Shown one piece after another: positions 49,234-62,108 of a stretch of 64,000 nucleotides of DNA. The number at the start of each line of letters is the position of its first letter. The first letter of the stretch is position 1. The translations under genes and the position numbers were made by a program. The stretch is from NCBI RefSeq assembly GCF_036321535.1, contig NC_087437.1, positions 19,904,001 through 19,968,000 on the forward strand. The letters are read 5' to 3'. This stretch comes from Camelus dromedarius. Lineage: Eukaryota. Below the pieces are notes generated by a model. That model worked only from the letters and a program-made list of their open reading frames with translations, was not told the origin of the DNA and ran no database searches.

Positions 49234-51110
49234 CTGCACTTGTGTCTCTACTCTCTGTCCTGAGATGACATAGTATATCTCTGTCCCTGGTAACCAAAGA
49301 AGCCAACTAAAACCCACCTGTCAATGTGGTTTTTCTCTATGGAGATCAATGGGAGCGAACAGAGCCCAGGGAGATTCACATAAGGGGACAGCATAGAGAT
49401 GAATGAACTGGGAAGTTGAAAACCCTGAAGAAATCCTCTTAAAAAGCCATAACCAGTGATCATCACGGTAAATCAGTGATAACCGAAAACCAGCTCCAAC
49501 TGTCAGTAATTGGACTGTATAATAGCCAAGCTTAGAAAAGTTAATATTGATTCAGATCCCCTCTCTAGAAGCTGTGTCTGAGGCTTATGACAGTAGCCAT
49601 ATTGAATAGGCCTGCAATCGGGCCCCATCAAAAATATTAATTATGAACACGAATTTGTAAGGTCAGCAGTTTTACTTTAATAGGAATTTGGGGCCTATGA
49701 ATGCAAGTCCTCAATGTCTAGCTTGTTTTGAGATTCCAAACCAAAGAACAGGAGTACAAACAGTCATTTATAGTTTAGTTCTTCTAGTTGGCACAGTGTC
49801 CAGCTTGAGATCACCGAATACCTTGGCGTGAGTTCAGAGCTCCATTTTATTATCTTGTAGCTGCCTGTAATCACAGATGAGGCATCAAAGGCCAGCTGTC
49901 CCCCATGAACCTTGACAGTCTGTATAAACTAATTAGTTTTTTATGAGCCATCCTTTCAGGGGTTTGGAGAGAGGGCCTATTAAGCCAAGTTCAATATGAT
50001 CTACAAACTTTAAAAATTATTATTATTTATCTAAGTTCCAGCTCAGTGCCATGGCAAATGATAACTCTGGCAATGGTCGGCTGGGGTGACTGTGGACTTC
50101 ATTAAAATATGGTACTTAGTTTTTGTTTGTTTGTTTGTTTGTTTAGTAGAAAAGTGTGGCAGGAATTCTTTCTGCACATTCTTTCAAAATTTCAAATTTT
50201 CAAGGTCAGAGAAAAAAATAATTTGGAAAGTGTGGCATATCCACAAAGCCCCTTCCTGGCCCATTTTGCTGTGGGGTTACAAGATGAAAACCCAAATCCA
50301 ACGCCCAGGAGCACCCCTTGGCCCTTTCCTTTTTTGTGTCTCTCTTTGAGTCCTAAAGAGGTAAAATGCCAGATATAACACTCACTGCAGCCTGTCCCTC
50401 TGCTTTCCCTCCACCTTGGTGATCCTTGGGCCATCCCTTTTGGCTCTGTTCCCCATTGCCTGTAGCTCCTGCTCTGGGCTGCCAGGTGCTGGTCCCAGCG
50501 TCACATGTGGTAGGCTGGCCGTACCAGATGGGGTGTAGTCCATCTCAGTCTCTACCAGTGGGCGCTCCATCACTGCCCACCCATGGATGCTTGTTACTCC
50601 AATGCTGTCCTCAGGTCCACCATGATGCTGACAGCCCATAGGGTAGGGCACTGATCCAGGCTTCCTCATCTCCCTTCATCACCTCTCTCCTAGCCCAGGA
50701 GGAAATGGTCTTTCTCCTCTTCTGGCCCACTCTTGCTCTGGGATTTTTCCAAAGAAACATTGCTTGGAGTCCTAGTGTTTACAGTTTTTTTCCAATTTAC
50801 CACAAACTCCTCCCTTCCTGGAAATGGATGGGTGCTCCCAAGGTTTAGGTATGTGGGATGGGTTCACAAGCAGGCCAGAGCCATGCTGTGGTACCTAACC
50901 TTCCATTCAAGCCCCTGCTGCTGATTCTGCCCTCTGCCATCTGAGTTCTTTCTCATTTGTAATGTTTTTCTTTCCTCTCACAAGCTCACGTATTCCTGCC
51001 TGCTGTCTGGTTTCTGCTGGGCCTCCCCGCTCACCCCATGAGATGCCCACATCCACTCCATCAGACATGACTCTAAATGTCTGAACTTAATTTAAAAATT
51101 AAGGTCCTGA

Positions 51111-51217
51111 CAATGAATATATGTATGTTCATGTATAACTGAAAAATTGTGCTCTACACTGGAATTTGACACAAAAATGTAAAATGACTATAACTCAATA
51201 AAAAAAAATGTTTAAAA
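51111..51217 (+). mobile_element. Very short, recent L1 3' end insertion
   Basis: 107-bp L1 tail ending ctcAATAAA(A)n. Perfect 17-bp TSD aaaaattaaggtcctga at 51094-51110 and 51218-51234. Confidence 0.88.
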
Positions 51218-51944
51218 AAAAATTAAGGTCCTGAGCCAAATGCAGTTCAGTGTGTGCAGCCAGATAGCCAGATAGCAAGATAGCAAGGGAATGGTGAGAG
51301 GGGCCATATTATTCCACATGCCCCATATTGGGTTTATACCTCCACCCTCCAGCCCCTGCCAGGACTCCTACATCATGTGAAATAGACTCTTATCTTCTGA
51401 GTGGCATCCTCATGGCCCCCAACTCATGCCATTATCTCCTGTGCCACGGCACTTGCCACAATGGGCTGTGATTGTCTGTTCATGAGCCTGCCTTTTTACT
51501 GGTCTTGATTGATTGTGTCTGAATCCATTCTGTGTCCCTGGCACCTAACACTGAGTAGGTATTGAGTTAAATTCTGTGGAAAGAATGAATGACAGAATGA
51601 TATTACATCACATGTTTAAATTGACCTATTATCTTCTCTTATTGCTTTGGACATATTTGCTCCTGGGCTTAGCCCAGATTCTGCTGCACTTTCAATGCAA
51701 TCTCTTTTATTGTCTGATCCTTGTGCCAGAGTGGGCTTGTTCATCCTTATGTCCTGGCGCACAATCTAGCTTAGAGGTTCTCAGTAAATATGTGCTGATT
51801 TGAGTTGAAAGGACCAAGTGGCTTACAACCTACTGCTAAGCAGTGTGAGGGTAGGGATGGGGGATGCTGGTGTTCAGAGAAATCTCATGCTGCCTGCGTT
51901 GCACAGTGTAGAGGCTAAAACCGACTCCTATCTGCAAGGACCTG

Positions 51945-54900
51945 TAATGATACTATTTCCTTCTTGATGCTGAAAATTTATGTCTTTACTCTGTTTTCCC
52001 TGTCAGACTTGCTAGAGTTTTGCCAATTTTATTGACCTTTTTGAAGAACCGACTCCTTATTTCACTGATTTTTCTCTGTTGTTTTTCTATTTTTTTAATT
52101 TTATTGATTTTTGTTTCTGTCTTTATTATTTCCTTCACCGACTTGTTTAGGTTTGTTTTTCTATTCTTTAGCTCGGCTTTTGAAGTAAGAGCAGAGATGA
52201 TTGATTTGAGGTGTCTTCCCCTTTCTAATGAATGCATTAAATGTTATCTATTTTCCTCTCAGCACGGCTTTACCTATGCCCTACAAATTTTGATGCATAG
52301 TATTTAGTTTAGTATATTAGTTCAATGTATAACTAATACTTCCATTGATACCTCCTCTTTGAGCCATGAATTGTTTAGAAGTACGTTGCTAAATTTCCAA
52401 ATGATTGGAGATTTTTCTGTTATCTTTCCATTGTTAGTTTCTATTTTGGTTCCTTTGTGGTTGGAAAGCAAATTTTGCATGATTTCAATTCTTTTCCATT
52501 TTTTGAGGCTTTTTTGTGGCTCAGGATCTATCTCTGTATATGTTCTCTGGGCAACTGAAAGGAACATACATTCTGCTATTGTTGAGTGAAGTGTTCTAAA
52601 AATGTCAATTGGATTCTGTTGTTTGACAGTGTTGTTGATTTTTTTCTATATCCTATCTGATTTTCTGTCCAGTTCTTTCAATTGTGGAGATAGGGCTGTT
52701 GAAAACTTCAACTATAATTATGAACTTCTCTATTTTTTTCTTTCAGATTTATCAGTTTTTGCTTCACATTATCTTGCAGCTCTGTTGTCTAGTGCATATA
52801 CATTTATAATTGCTATGTCTTCTTGGTGGTTTGACCGTTTAATCATTATATAGTGTCACTCTCTGCCTCCAGTAATTTTTGTTGCTCTTAAGTTTACTTT
52901 ATCTGATATTAATATAGCCACTCTGCTTCCTTTTGATTAGTGTTTGCATGCTATAGCTTTTTCTGTGATTTTACTTTCAGTCTTCATTTTTTCATTATAT
53001 TTGAAGTAAGTTTCTCATAGACATGTTAGGTCTTGTTTTTAATTTACTCTGCCAACCTGTCTTTTAATTGGTATATTCAAACCATTTACATTTAATGTAA
53101 TTATTGATATTATTAGGGTTTAAGTCTGCCATTTTATTTGTTTTCTGTGTTCCCTCATTTTTTTTTTTGTATTTCTGTTGTCTTTGTCCTGCCTTCCAGT
53201 TAGTTACTTGAATATGTTTCAGAATTCATTTTGATTTATCAATAGTGTTTTTGAGTGTATCTTTTTGTATAAATTTTCAGTGGTTGCTCTGGATGTTATA
53301 TACACATAACTTACCAGTCTACTGGTGTCATTATTTTGTCAGCTCAAATAACATGTTGAAACCTTCCTTATCTCCATTTATGTCCCTTTATGCTCCCCTG
53401 TTTACAATTGTCTGAAACATTTTTTCTACATGCATCTAGACATCAGACAGCATTATGATTTTTACTTCAATTGTCAAATGTAATTTAGCAAAATCAGGAG
53501 GGGAAGAAAGGACCCATATTTACCTGTATTTTTGTTTATCATGTTCTTTCTATTTCCCTCATGTTCCAAATTTTCTTTTACAGTTTCTTTTCTGTTTCAA
53601 AAACTTCCTTTAGCTATTCTTTCAGAATAGGTCTTCTAAGACCAATTTTCTCAGTTTTCCTTCACCTTTCAATGCCTTGATTTTCCCTTCATTCATGAAG
53701 CATATTTTTCCTGGGTATAGAGTTATCGGTTGAAAATTATTTTCTTTAAGCACTTGAAAAATATTATGCTTCTTTCTTTTGACTGCCTTGGTTTCTGGTT
53801 AAAAATGCCATAATTCTAACTGCTTTCCCCCTGTAGGTAAAGTGTTTTACTGGTTGTTTTCAGTATTTTTTTTCTGTCTCATATTTTCAGTTTAATTATG
53901 TCACCTTGGCTTGAACTTCTTTGAGTTTATCCTGTTTGACATTCACTCAACTTCTTAAATCTATAGATTTGTGTCTCTTGTCAAAAGGGGGAGTTTTCAG
54001 CCATTTTTAAAAACATCTTTATTGTGGTATGGTTCCTGTGCAGTAAACTACACATATTTCAGATGTACAATTTGATGAATTTTGATAGATGTATACACCC
54101 ATGAAACCACCATGACAATCAAGATAGCTAACATTTCCATCACTCCCCAAGAGGTGCAATTTTTGAATTCCAAATTTATCCCTTCCAACCCCCTTAAACC
54201 CCTGGTAAGTAACCATAAGTTTGTTCTCTATGTCTGTGAGGCTGTTTCCATTTTGTAGATAAGTTCATTTGTGTCCTTTTTTTGTTTAGATTCCACATAT
54301 AAGCAATATCATATGGTATTTTTCTTTCTCTGTCTGGCCTACCTCACTTAGAATGAAATTGCTTTTTGAATATTATTTCAGCACTGCTCTCTTTTTCTTC
54401 TTGTCTAGGACTCCAATGACATGAATGTTAGATCTTTTGTTATAGTCCCACAGGTCTCTGAAGCTCCTTGGCACTCTCTCTCTTGCTCTCTCTCTCTTTT
54501 TAGTTAATTTTCCCTCTGTTGCTCAGATTGGGTATTTCAGTTTTTCTCTCTTCTAGTGCACTGATTGTTTCCTCCATTGTGCTGACAAGTTCATTCACTA
54601 AGCTTTTAGTTTAAGTCATTGTGTTTTTCCCTTCTGAAATTTCCATTTGGTTCTTTATAACTTCTGTTTCTTTACTGAAGTTTCCTAATTCCTTGCCTAG
54701 GCTCTCTATTTTATTTTGATTCATACATGTTCACAGTTGACCATTCAAGTGTTTTTATCATGACTGCTTTAAAATCTTTGTCAGGTAATTCTCTTATCCC
54801 TTTTATAATAGCAGTGCCATCTACTGATGCTCTGTTTTTCATTTAGTTTGAGATCTTAGTTTTTGGTATAATGAGTGATTTTTCTATTGAAACCTGACAA

Positions 54901-55790
54901 ATTTTATATTAGTCTCTGAGACTCTAGATCTTATTTAAACCATCTGTTTTAATTGGTCCTTTCTAACACTGTTCCAGCAAGGAAAGGCGGGGCACCACTT
55001 CCTTACTGCCAGCTGGAGGCCGAGGTTCTCTACTTGGCATTCATTGATACCTGAGGGGGGCTTTCTCATTACTGCTGGATTGGAGTGAGGATTCCAGTTT
55101 CCCACGTGGTCTCCAGTGATACTGCAGTGCAGATGGCCTTATTATAGCCGGGCAGTGGTGAAAGTCCTGACTTTCTCCTAAGCCTCTCCTGACACCGCCC
55201 CAGTGGGGATGGGGAGGGCTCCTCATTACTGCCGCCTGGAGGTGGCCGCCCAGGCTCCCCAGATAGTCTTCACTGACATGGTAGGATGGTCCTCATTACT
55301 GGCTGTTGGGGATGAAATCTCCACTCCTACTTGATCTTCTGTGATAGCACTTCAGCCAGGATGTTGGGATACCTCATTACAGCCTCATGAGAATGGAGGT
55401 CTAGGATCCCTACTCAGGCTTCTGTGGCGCTGTGTGAGGTCACAGCTTTTTAGGTAATGTTTATCTGAGTAGCGTAGCAATTATCTGAAAGGTATCTGTT
55501 TTGCTAGGCAGCTCTTTTTCTGGTCCTTTTGTTTGGGGTTTTGCTGTTTCTTTGCTGTGTCTGTTGGCATTTCTGAGTTGCAGCATTCTTTGGCTCTGAG
55601 TTTAGAAACATATGAGACAGAAAGAAAACCCAGGGAACTTAACCACTGTGCCGTTTCTCAGGTCCTGAGCTCCCTAACTGGCTTGCCTTCTTCTGTCCAA
55701 CTATCAGAGTCTTCCTATGTTTGTCTTACATCTTCTCCAGGGTTTATAGTTGTGTTTAGTGGGAAGAATAGGTAAAAGTCTAATTTTTTT
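51945..55790 (-). mobile_element. Old L1 (L1M-class) 5' half: ORF2 endonuclease/linker remnant, ORF1 and 5' region
   Basis: Minus-strand ORFs 52322-52567 (RTYTEID..KSLKKWKRIEIMQNLLSNHKG.KIE.N...WKFSNVLLNNSWLKEEV) and 51986-52237 (KEIIK.E.KINKI...KISEIRSRFFKKVNKIGKTLASL) are degenerate L1 ORF2p. T-rich antisense L1 sequence throughout. Confidence 0.82.
54016..54356 (-). mobile_element. Nested L1 3'UTR pieces inside the old L1
   Basis: 54016-54155 resembles an L1MB-type tail (compare 30555-30700); 54160-54356 resembles 31770-31965. Confidence 0.7.
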
Positions 55791-57519
55791 CATTTATAAA
55801 TGTAACCCCAAGTCTACTTAGGTCTTGCCATTTTCCAAAAGGAGCCAGAAATCCAGAACTTTGTGTGAAATTTCCAATTTTTTTTTTAAAACGTGAATAA
55901 TTCAGTTTCATCTATAAAGCACGTGTGTGGACAATCTATGGATGTAACAACACTGGTGGCTGAATTTTGCCCCAGGCCACCAGCTTATGACCTCTGGTTT
56001 AAGCTACCCAGGCAATGAGGGATGAAGGACTGTGGGTTTAGTACACTTGGAGGTCTGCACACTGCCTAAGAGGATGTTTGCCCTATCCCACATTTGTTCG
56101 TTTATTCATTTACAAAAAAATTTTTGAGTGTCTATTATGTGTGAATTACAGGAATGAGACAGATAAGGACTTCTCAGTGCGGAGCTTACATGAACAAACA
56201 AAACACACCCTTCTATGGTGGGTATCATGATGGAGAATAGATTTTCAGGAATAGATGTGACTCTTTGCGAAGCTCCTTAGTTGGGCTGTCTTTCTGATGG
56301 TTAGTCCTAGTGGACTTCCTAAGGAATCCAAAGTCATCTTTCACATCATCTAAGAGGAATACCTCAGGGCAGCGCCACTGGCTCCCATGACAGATGAAAG
56401 ACAACAGGTGCCTCCTAGCTACATCAGAGTCCCCTGACCTGGAACCCTGACCTGGAAGCTGGCCATGATCAGAGACAGCAGAGCTCTCCCAAACCTCATG
56501 ATGGTTTGGGGAAAAAAAAATCAGAGTCACACTAACAAAAGCCAAGGAAATTGGGGGGCTGACATCTGGATGTAGGGTTGGGGCATGAGATGTCATTGTG
56601 TGGATGGACAGATCCTGGAGATGGGAGTGAAGGTCAAGGGCAGCTATCTCAGCACACACTTGCTTGGTCAAAGCAGGGGCTGGAGTGGAATGGGAACCAC
56701 TGCCATTCTCCAGGGTAGAAAGGAGACAGGGGTGAACCCAAGAAGTCACCAGCACACATTCCTTTGACCCTGTGGTTATCAGGGTGGATATGAGATGATC
56801 AGTCCTGACTCTGAAGACGCTTATGTGTCTTCAAGTCCCCTGAAATCCCAACCAGCATAAACACCTGTGATGGGATGGAAGCAGGGAGAGGCAGCCTGAA
56901 CAGCAAAAGCTGTCCCACTCTCAAGTATTGTACGGTATTGTTTCTGCACATGCAGATTTCGTGGTGAAGCCAAAGTTTGTAAACCCCAGCACTGAACTTT
57001 CTGTTTATGTTCATATCTGAACATTATCTGTGATCACAACAGCAGCATGGTTATTTTGTTATGAAAAAAATTACTTCTCCCCTCTTATGCTAAGGCCTTT
57101 CCATCTCAAAACCTTGAAATCTTCAGAGGTCTTTGCAATTCCACATTTTTTATGAGTTTCAGCAATAAAAGGAGTTGACTTACTCAGCTAGGAAAAGGAT
57201 GATAAATAACTAATTGAATTTTATTTTGCCGAATCCTGCAGCTGGAGATAAGGAGGCTTAAAGACATGACAAAAACAAACAAACAGCACATAGTTTGTCT
57301 TCCTGCACAACCAGGACAGCCCTGTCTGACTTTCAGGCACCCCTCCTCTTTCCTCCAAATGTGAGAAGGCCACCGGCTCAGCTCACTGCTGCCAAGGTAG
57401 CCGTCCCCACTATGAAATGATTGTTCAGTGGCATTTCCAGCAAACTGCAGCGAGGAGAAAGAGTTTGCTGGAAATAGACTGGCATCAAACTATCACATCT
57501 CAGAAAAATGATTTAAAAA

Positions 57520-57725
57520 TAATAGCCACTGCCCGCCTACTGTGTGCCTGGTACTTTACGATGGACTTCCATACGTAACTTCATTTATATTCACCAATCA
57601 CGTGAGCTTATAAAGCTGGCACTATTTTTACTTTAAAGATAAGGAGACTCAGGCTCAGAAAGGTTAAGGGACTTGCTGAGATCACACAACCAGGTACTTC
57701 TTAGAGCCAGAATTCACATAGACTG
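57520..57725 (-). mobile_element. MIR SINE
   Basis: gcctactgtgtgcctggtact...agataaggagactcaggctcagaaaggttaagggacttgc..agatcacac...agagccagaattca. Confidence 0.65.
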
Positions 57726-57742
57726 GCATTATTCATTCAGGT

Positions 57743-57961
57743 CACTGGTTCTTAAAAGGGGTGATTTTTGCCCCCTAGAAGACAGTCAACAATGTTCGGA
57801 GACTTTTTTTGATTTTCCTTAGTAGGGTGGGGGGTTTCTATGGCATCTAGTGGGTAGAGACCATGGATACTGCTAAACATCCTATGGTACACATGACAGC
57901 TCCCCACATCGAACAACTACCTGACCCCAAACATCAGTAGTGTCGAGAATGAGAAACTCTG
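57743..57961. mobile_element. MER20 hAT-Charlie MITE
   Basis: ggggtgatttttgcccc...tggcatctagtgggtagagacca.ggatactgctaaacatccta...cacatgacagctcccca...gagaaactctg; about 220 bp, apparently full length. Confidence 0.85.
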
Positions 57962-59473
57962 GTCTGGGAGGCTGAAGTCTTCAGTTTTAGTTTCTATTTT
58001 GCATCTAGTTCAGAATGTAACTTTAGAAAAATGACCTTCTGTCTTTAAGCCTCAGTTTTCTCATGTGTAAATCAAGAAGATAGGCAGTGAGACTGGATTA
58101 TTGCTGAGGTATTTTCCAGCTTTCACACCCTGCTGATCCTGAGAAGCTTTAGAATTTCATTTGTGGCCCTTGAAGTGGTCTCGAAAATGTCTATAAAATG
58201 TACTGAGACTTCGGGCAAAAAAAGGGAGAGTTGTTGAATAGTGTCAACACACTATGTAGCGTGGAAATGTCTTCACCTTGTATCTGGGGCTTAGCTGATG
58301 GTCCTGTTTAATTTTGACTTCTTACCGTAATGAAGTTGCCCATCCTGGACCAGCCAATGATTGTGTCTCCATGAGCTGGCCAGGTACATATTTCATGGTG
58401 TATTGGTGCCTTTGGGGAAGGCAGATCAGCTAAAGTGGGACTAAGATTTTTGTGCTACTAATGATTATTTGTATTAAGGGCACACAGATCCTGGCAGCCA
58501 CAGGAGCAGCTGAGCTCTCGGCATGGGCAGAGTACAGAAGCCTTACTGTGACTCCGTTCTCCTCGACTGGCTCAGCCAGCCAGTGGAGGTCAAAGGAAAA
58601 AAATTACTCAAAGGCCAAAAATGACTGCTTTTGCCAACATATCACACACCACACACACACACCTACATGCACATGGATTAACCCACACCTTTGGCAAAGG
58701 ATTAAACCTTTCATCCACTTCACTTGTGTTTATTTTATGAGGATTTAATGTCACTGTTTTATAATTGTGGAGAACAGACCTTCAGTGTATTGAAGATTCA
58801 ATGCCCATGCTTTTGTGAAGGTCAGTGGAAGGAAAACAGGTGGAAATTTGCTTAGGAATTTGCTTACATTTTCGAGAAGAGGGCCTTGAGAATTAGTAAA
58901 TTAAATTGGTAAATTAAATTCTCACCTCTCTGTGAGTCATGGGGTGGAATGTAGGCATGGGCATGATTCAGTTCCTGCCTTAAAGGACCTGGCAATCTCT
59001 TGATGGGAGGCATGTTAGAGCTGGGTTGAAGGTAAATGGCACTGCTGAAGATGTAGATGCTGTGAGGCTGGACCAGAGTCCCAGGACTGGGTGAGCTGCT
59101 TGCGAGCTGAATTACTTCGCATCATCAGAGCAGAGCAGAGTGTCAGGCACACAAAGGCCTCAGTGGACACTGCTAAGCATAACAGACCCAGAACCGTTCT
59201 CTCTCATGCTCCCTGTATGCTGCCTTGAAGGCATTCCCATACCCTGCTCTACTTGAACTAGCCACACATTGAAGTCAGGAGCTTTGGCTTGTTCATGTCA
59301 ACATCCCTTGCCCCGAGCCCCAGGAGTGGACAGATTCATGCACAGCCGAGTGGCACTCCCAAGGGCCTGTGTTCCAAGGACTACAAACTCCCTGAGGGCA
59401 AGGGATAGTCACATAGGCCTCCATGGATTGCAGGGAATCTGAAAGATGATGCAGGGAACAGACCCATGTTACC

Positions 59474-59695
59474 ATATATAAAATAGATAAACAACAAGGA
59501 CCTACTGCATAGCATAGAGAATTGTATTCAATGTCTTATAATAACATATAATGGAAAAGAATCTGAAAAGAAAAAATATATATGTATGTATATGTCTAAC
59601 AAAGTGTAACTGAATTACTTCGCTGTACACCTGGAACTAACATTGTAAATCAAATACACTTCAATAAAAAAAAAATTTTTTAATTGAAAAAAAAG
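59474..59695 (+). mobile_element. Artiodactyl-type L1 3' end
   Basis: atataaaatagataaacaacaaggacctactg.atagca...atggaaaagaatctgaaaa...gctgtacacctg.aactaac...cttcAATAAA(A)n. Confidence 0.85.
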
Positions 59696-59796
59696 AATAA
59701 CCCAAAAAAGTAGGTGGGTGACTTATAGAGCATGAGGGGAAAGTCGGGGTGCCTTTTCCTGGAAAGAATGGTCAGCTTTTTGGTGTCTGAAGGCTT

Positions 59797-60100
59797 GTCT
59801 GAGTTTTCTCGTGCTGCTTAACAAAGTGCCACACATTCAGTGGCTTAAAACAAAATCTGTTTTATAATAGCAGTTTTGGAGAATCAGGAGACTGGGCACA
59901 GTGTGGCTGGGTCCTCTGCTCAGGGTCTCACCCAGCAGAAGCCAAGGTGTCAACAGGGCTGCATTCTCACCTGGAGCTGGGGATCTTCCTCCAGGACCCC
60001 TGGTTGTTGGCAGAATTCAGCTTCTTGTGGCTGTAGGACTGCTGTCCCTGCTTTCGTTCTGGCTGCTGGAAAAGGATGATCTCAGATCCCAAAAGCTCTT
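59797..60100 (-). mobile_element. MaLR LTR fragment (MLT1D/E-like)
   Basis: gctgcttaacaaagtgccaca...agtggcttaaaacaa...gctgggtcctctgctcagggtctcac...gttgttggcagaattcag.ttcttgtggctgtaggactg. Confidence 0.75.
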
Positions 60101-60167
60101 GGAAAGTTAATAACGTGTAATATATGCTAGGCACTTCACATAGATTATTTCTTTTAACCCTCTAAAC

Positions 60168-60367
60168 CTGGGGTCAGCAAACTTTCTTACAATAAGGCCC
60201 GATAGTAAATAATTTAGGCTTTGCAAGTCAAGAGGTAACATCTTAACATAATAATTTAAAATGTAACTATTTAAAGATATAAGAGCCATTCTTAGTCTGC
60301 AGACTATGAAAAAAAATAAAAACTGGATGGCTGAATTTAGCCCTTGGGTGTAATGTGCCCATCCCTG
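60168..60367. mobile_element. MER58-family hAT MITE inserted into a MIR
   Basis: Termini c.ggggtcagcaaact and gccc.atccctg; 8-bp TSD ctctaaac (60160-60167) and ctctgaac (60368-60375); MIR-like sequence on both sides. Confidence 0.78.
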
Positions 60368-60684
60368 CTCTGAACAATCTCATTAGGCTGAAATTAATAT
60401 TATCTCCACTTTAGAGATGAATAAACAGGGCCTTCAGATGACTTGCCAGGTACAGTCTGCACCCTCATAGGTCTGATTCTGGTGCCCAGGTCTGGTTCTC
60501 CAAGGCCTGATCGGAACCCACGTGTGCAGGGATGTATCATCTACTCATCTTCCGTCTGAGTGCTGACTACCCCGCTTTCTCTCAAATCCCCACAAGGGCG
60601 ACAGGCCCAGAGGTGAGAAATCAATCCACCACATACAAGTCATGTGGTCTTTGTGGATGTCCAGAGTTACTCTGTCAGAGCAAC

Positions 60685-60865
60685 ACTTCTCTGATCATCC
60701 TCTTCTTTGCCCGAACATCAGAATCACCCACGAATCTAAAAATCACAGTCACGGGTTTCATCCCTAAAGAATTCAACTCAGTTGTTCTGAAGTGGATCTG
60801 GGGATCAGAATTGTTTTGAGACTTTCTAGGCAATTCTGATGTAGGGCCAGATTCGGAAACTACCA
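60685..60865. mobile_element. Diverged MER5-family MITE
   Basis: catcagaatcacc...aattcaactcagttg.tctg.agtgg...aggcaattctgatg...ttcggaaactac. Confidence 0.55.
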
Positions 60866-62108
60866 AATAAATCAGTGCTTCCTACTGGCTGGGTGCTTGT
60901 CAAACTTGGAGCCTCTCAGGCCCCTGCCCAGGTGGTTATTGTCACCTGGGATGATTGGGACACACTGGACATCCTTCCTCCCAGTCTCCTTCCATCCCAG
61001 CGTCCCCACACTTGCCTGCAGCTGGCCTTCCCAGAGATGGGCTCAGTGGGTCTAGCTCTGGACAGCTAGACAGCTAATAAGCACCGCAGGTGAATCTGAT
61101 GTTCTCTGAGGTTGTCCTCCAAAGACCCACTGGGATGAACAGACTAGTGCGTGCATCTGGCCGTCAGGTGGCCTCAGTAGAGCTCCCCTCTAGCAATCAC
61201 TTCATTAGACTTTAATGATATTTAACCCAAATCAGACGGTGGGTGTTAGACATTGCTAAGGTCTTTTAAATTTAGTGGCACTGAACCCAAACACTGTGCA
61301 CAAATAGAGTTCAAATTCTGGTTGGAGGGCATTAGCTATGCTAGAATCAGAGCAGCTGGTGGCTATTTTCAGGTACTTCCTAGGAGACCTTTAGTGCAGG
61401 CATGAAGGCAGTTCAGCTCAGAGGAGTCTGTACTATACACGTAGCCTCATGCTGCTTCCCCCAGAAACTTTGTTCTAGGTAGGAGCTGTATAAACCAGTT
61501 CCAAGTTTGTCCTTGGTCAAGGACATCATGAAAGCCAAGATGTCTGTTTTTCCTAAGTGGCCTTAGTTGTCGTATGATGCAGTGGTTTTGTACACATTTT
61601 AAAATCTCAGTCCCTGTGATATATAATGAAAGATACAGAACTTAATGCCCTGAAAAATGCTTGGCAAATTTCAATAGGTTTTAAGGGCTGCATGGAGCCC
61701 CTAAACTACTTCATCCTTAGACTCTGGGAAATGACCTCCCAATGGAGCAGAAAGTCTTAGGAGGGGGAGAGAAGGGATCGGTGTTTAAAACAGCTTGTGT
61801 ATGTTAGCAAGCCATACAACATTCCCAAGTTTATTTCCAAATCTGTGAAATGGGAGTGCTAATGCCATGTTCTTTATATCTACAAGACAGATGTGAGAAA
61901 CAAAAACTCAAATGTATCACGGATATGAAATCATCTGGAAATGTTAAAAAGGCTGTTTTGAAATCCAAGATCCTGCTATTAGTTTCAAAAAGCATGTCTA
62001 GTTCTAAGGCATCTGAGTTTTTCTTTAGTTAATGAAAGCATTGTGTGTATATCATGAAATGTTTGCAAGAGCATCAAAGACAGAAGTTTTCACAAAGATT
62101 GACTTGAA

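Noticed and set aside
56225..56755. 176-aa minus-strand ORF
   Set aside because: No recognisable protein; the region looks like diverged purine-rich, L2-like intronic sequence.
57300..57325. Partial REST/RE1-like motif (…ccaggacagc)
   Set aside because: The left half-site TCAGCACC is absent; similar isolated half-sites elsewhere are also incomplete.
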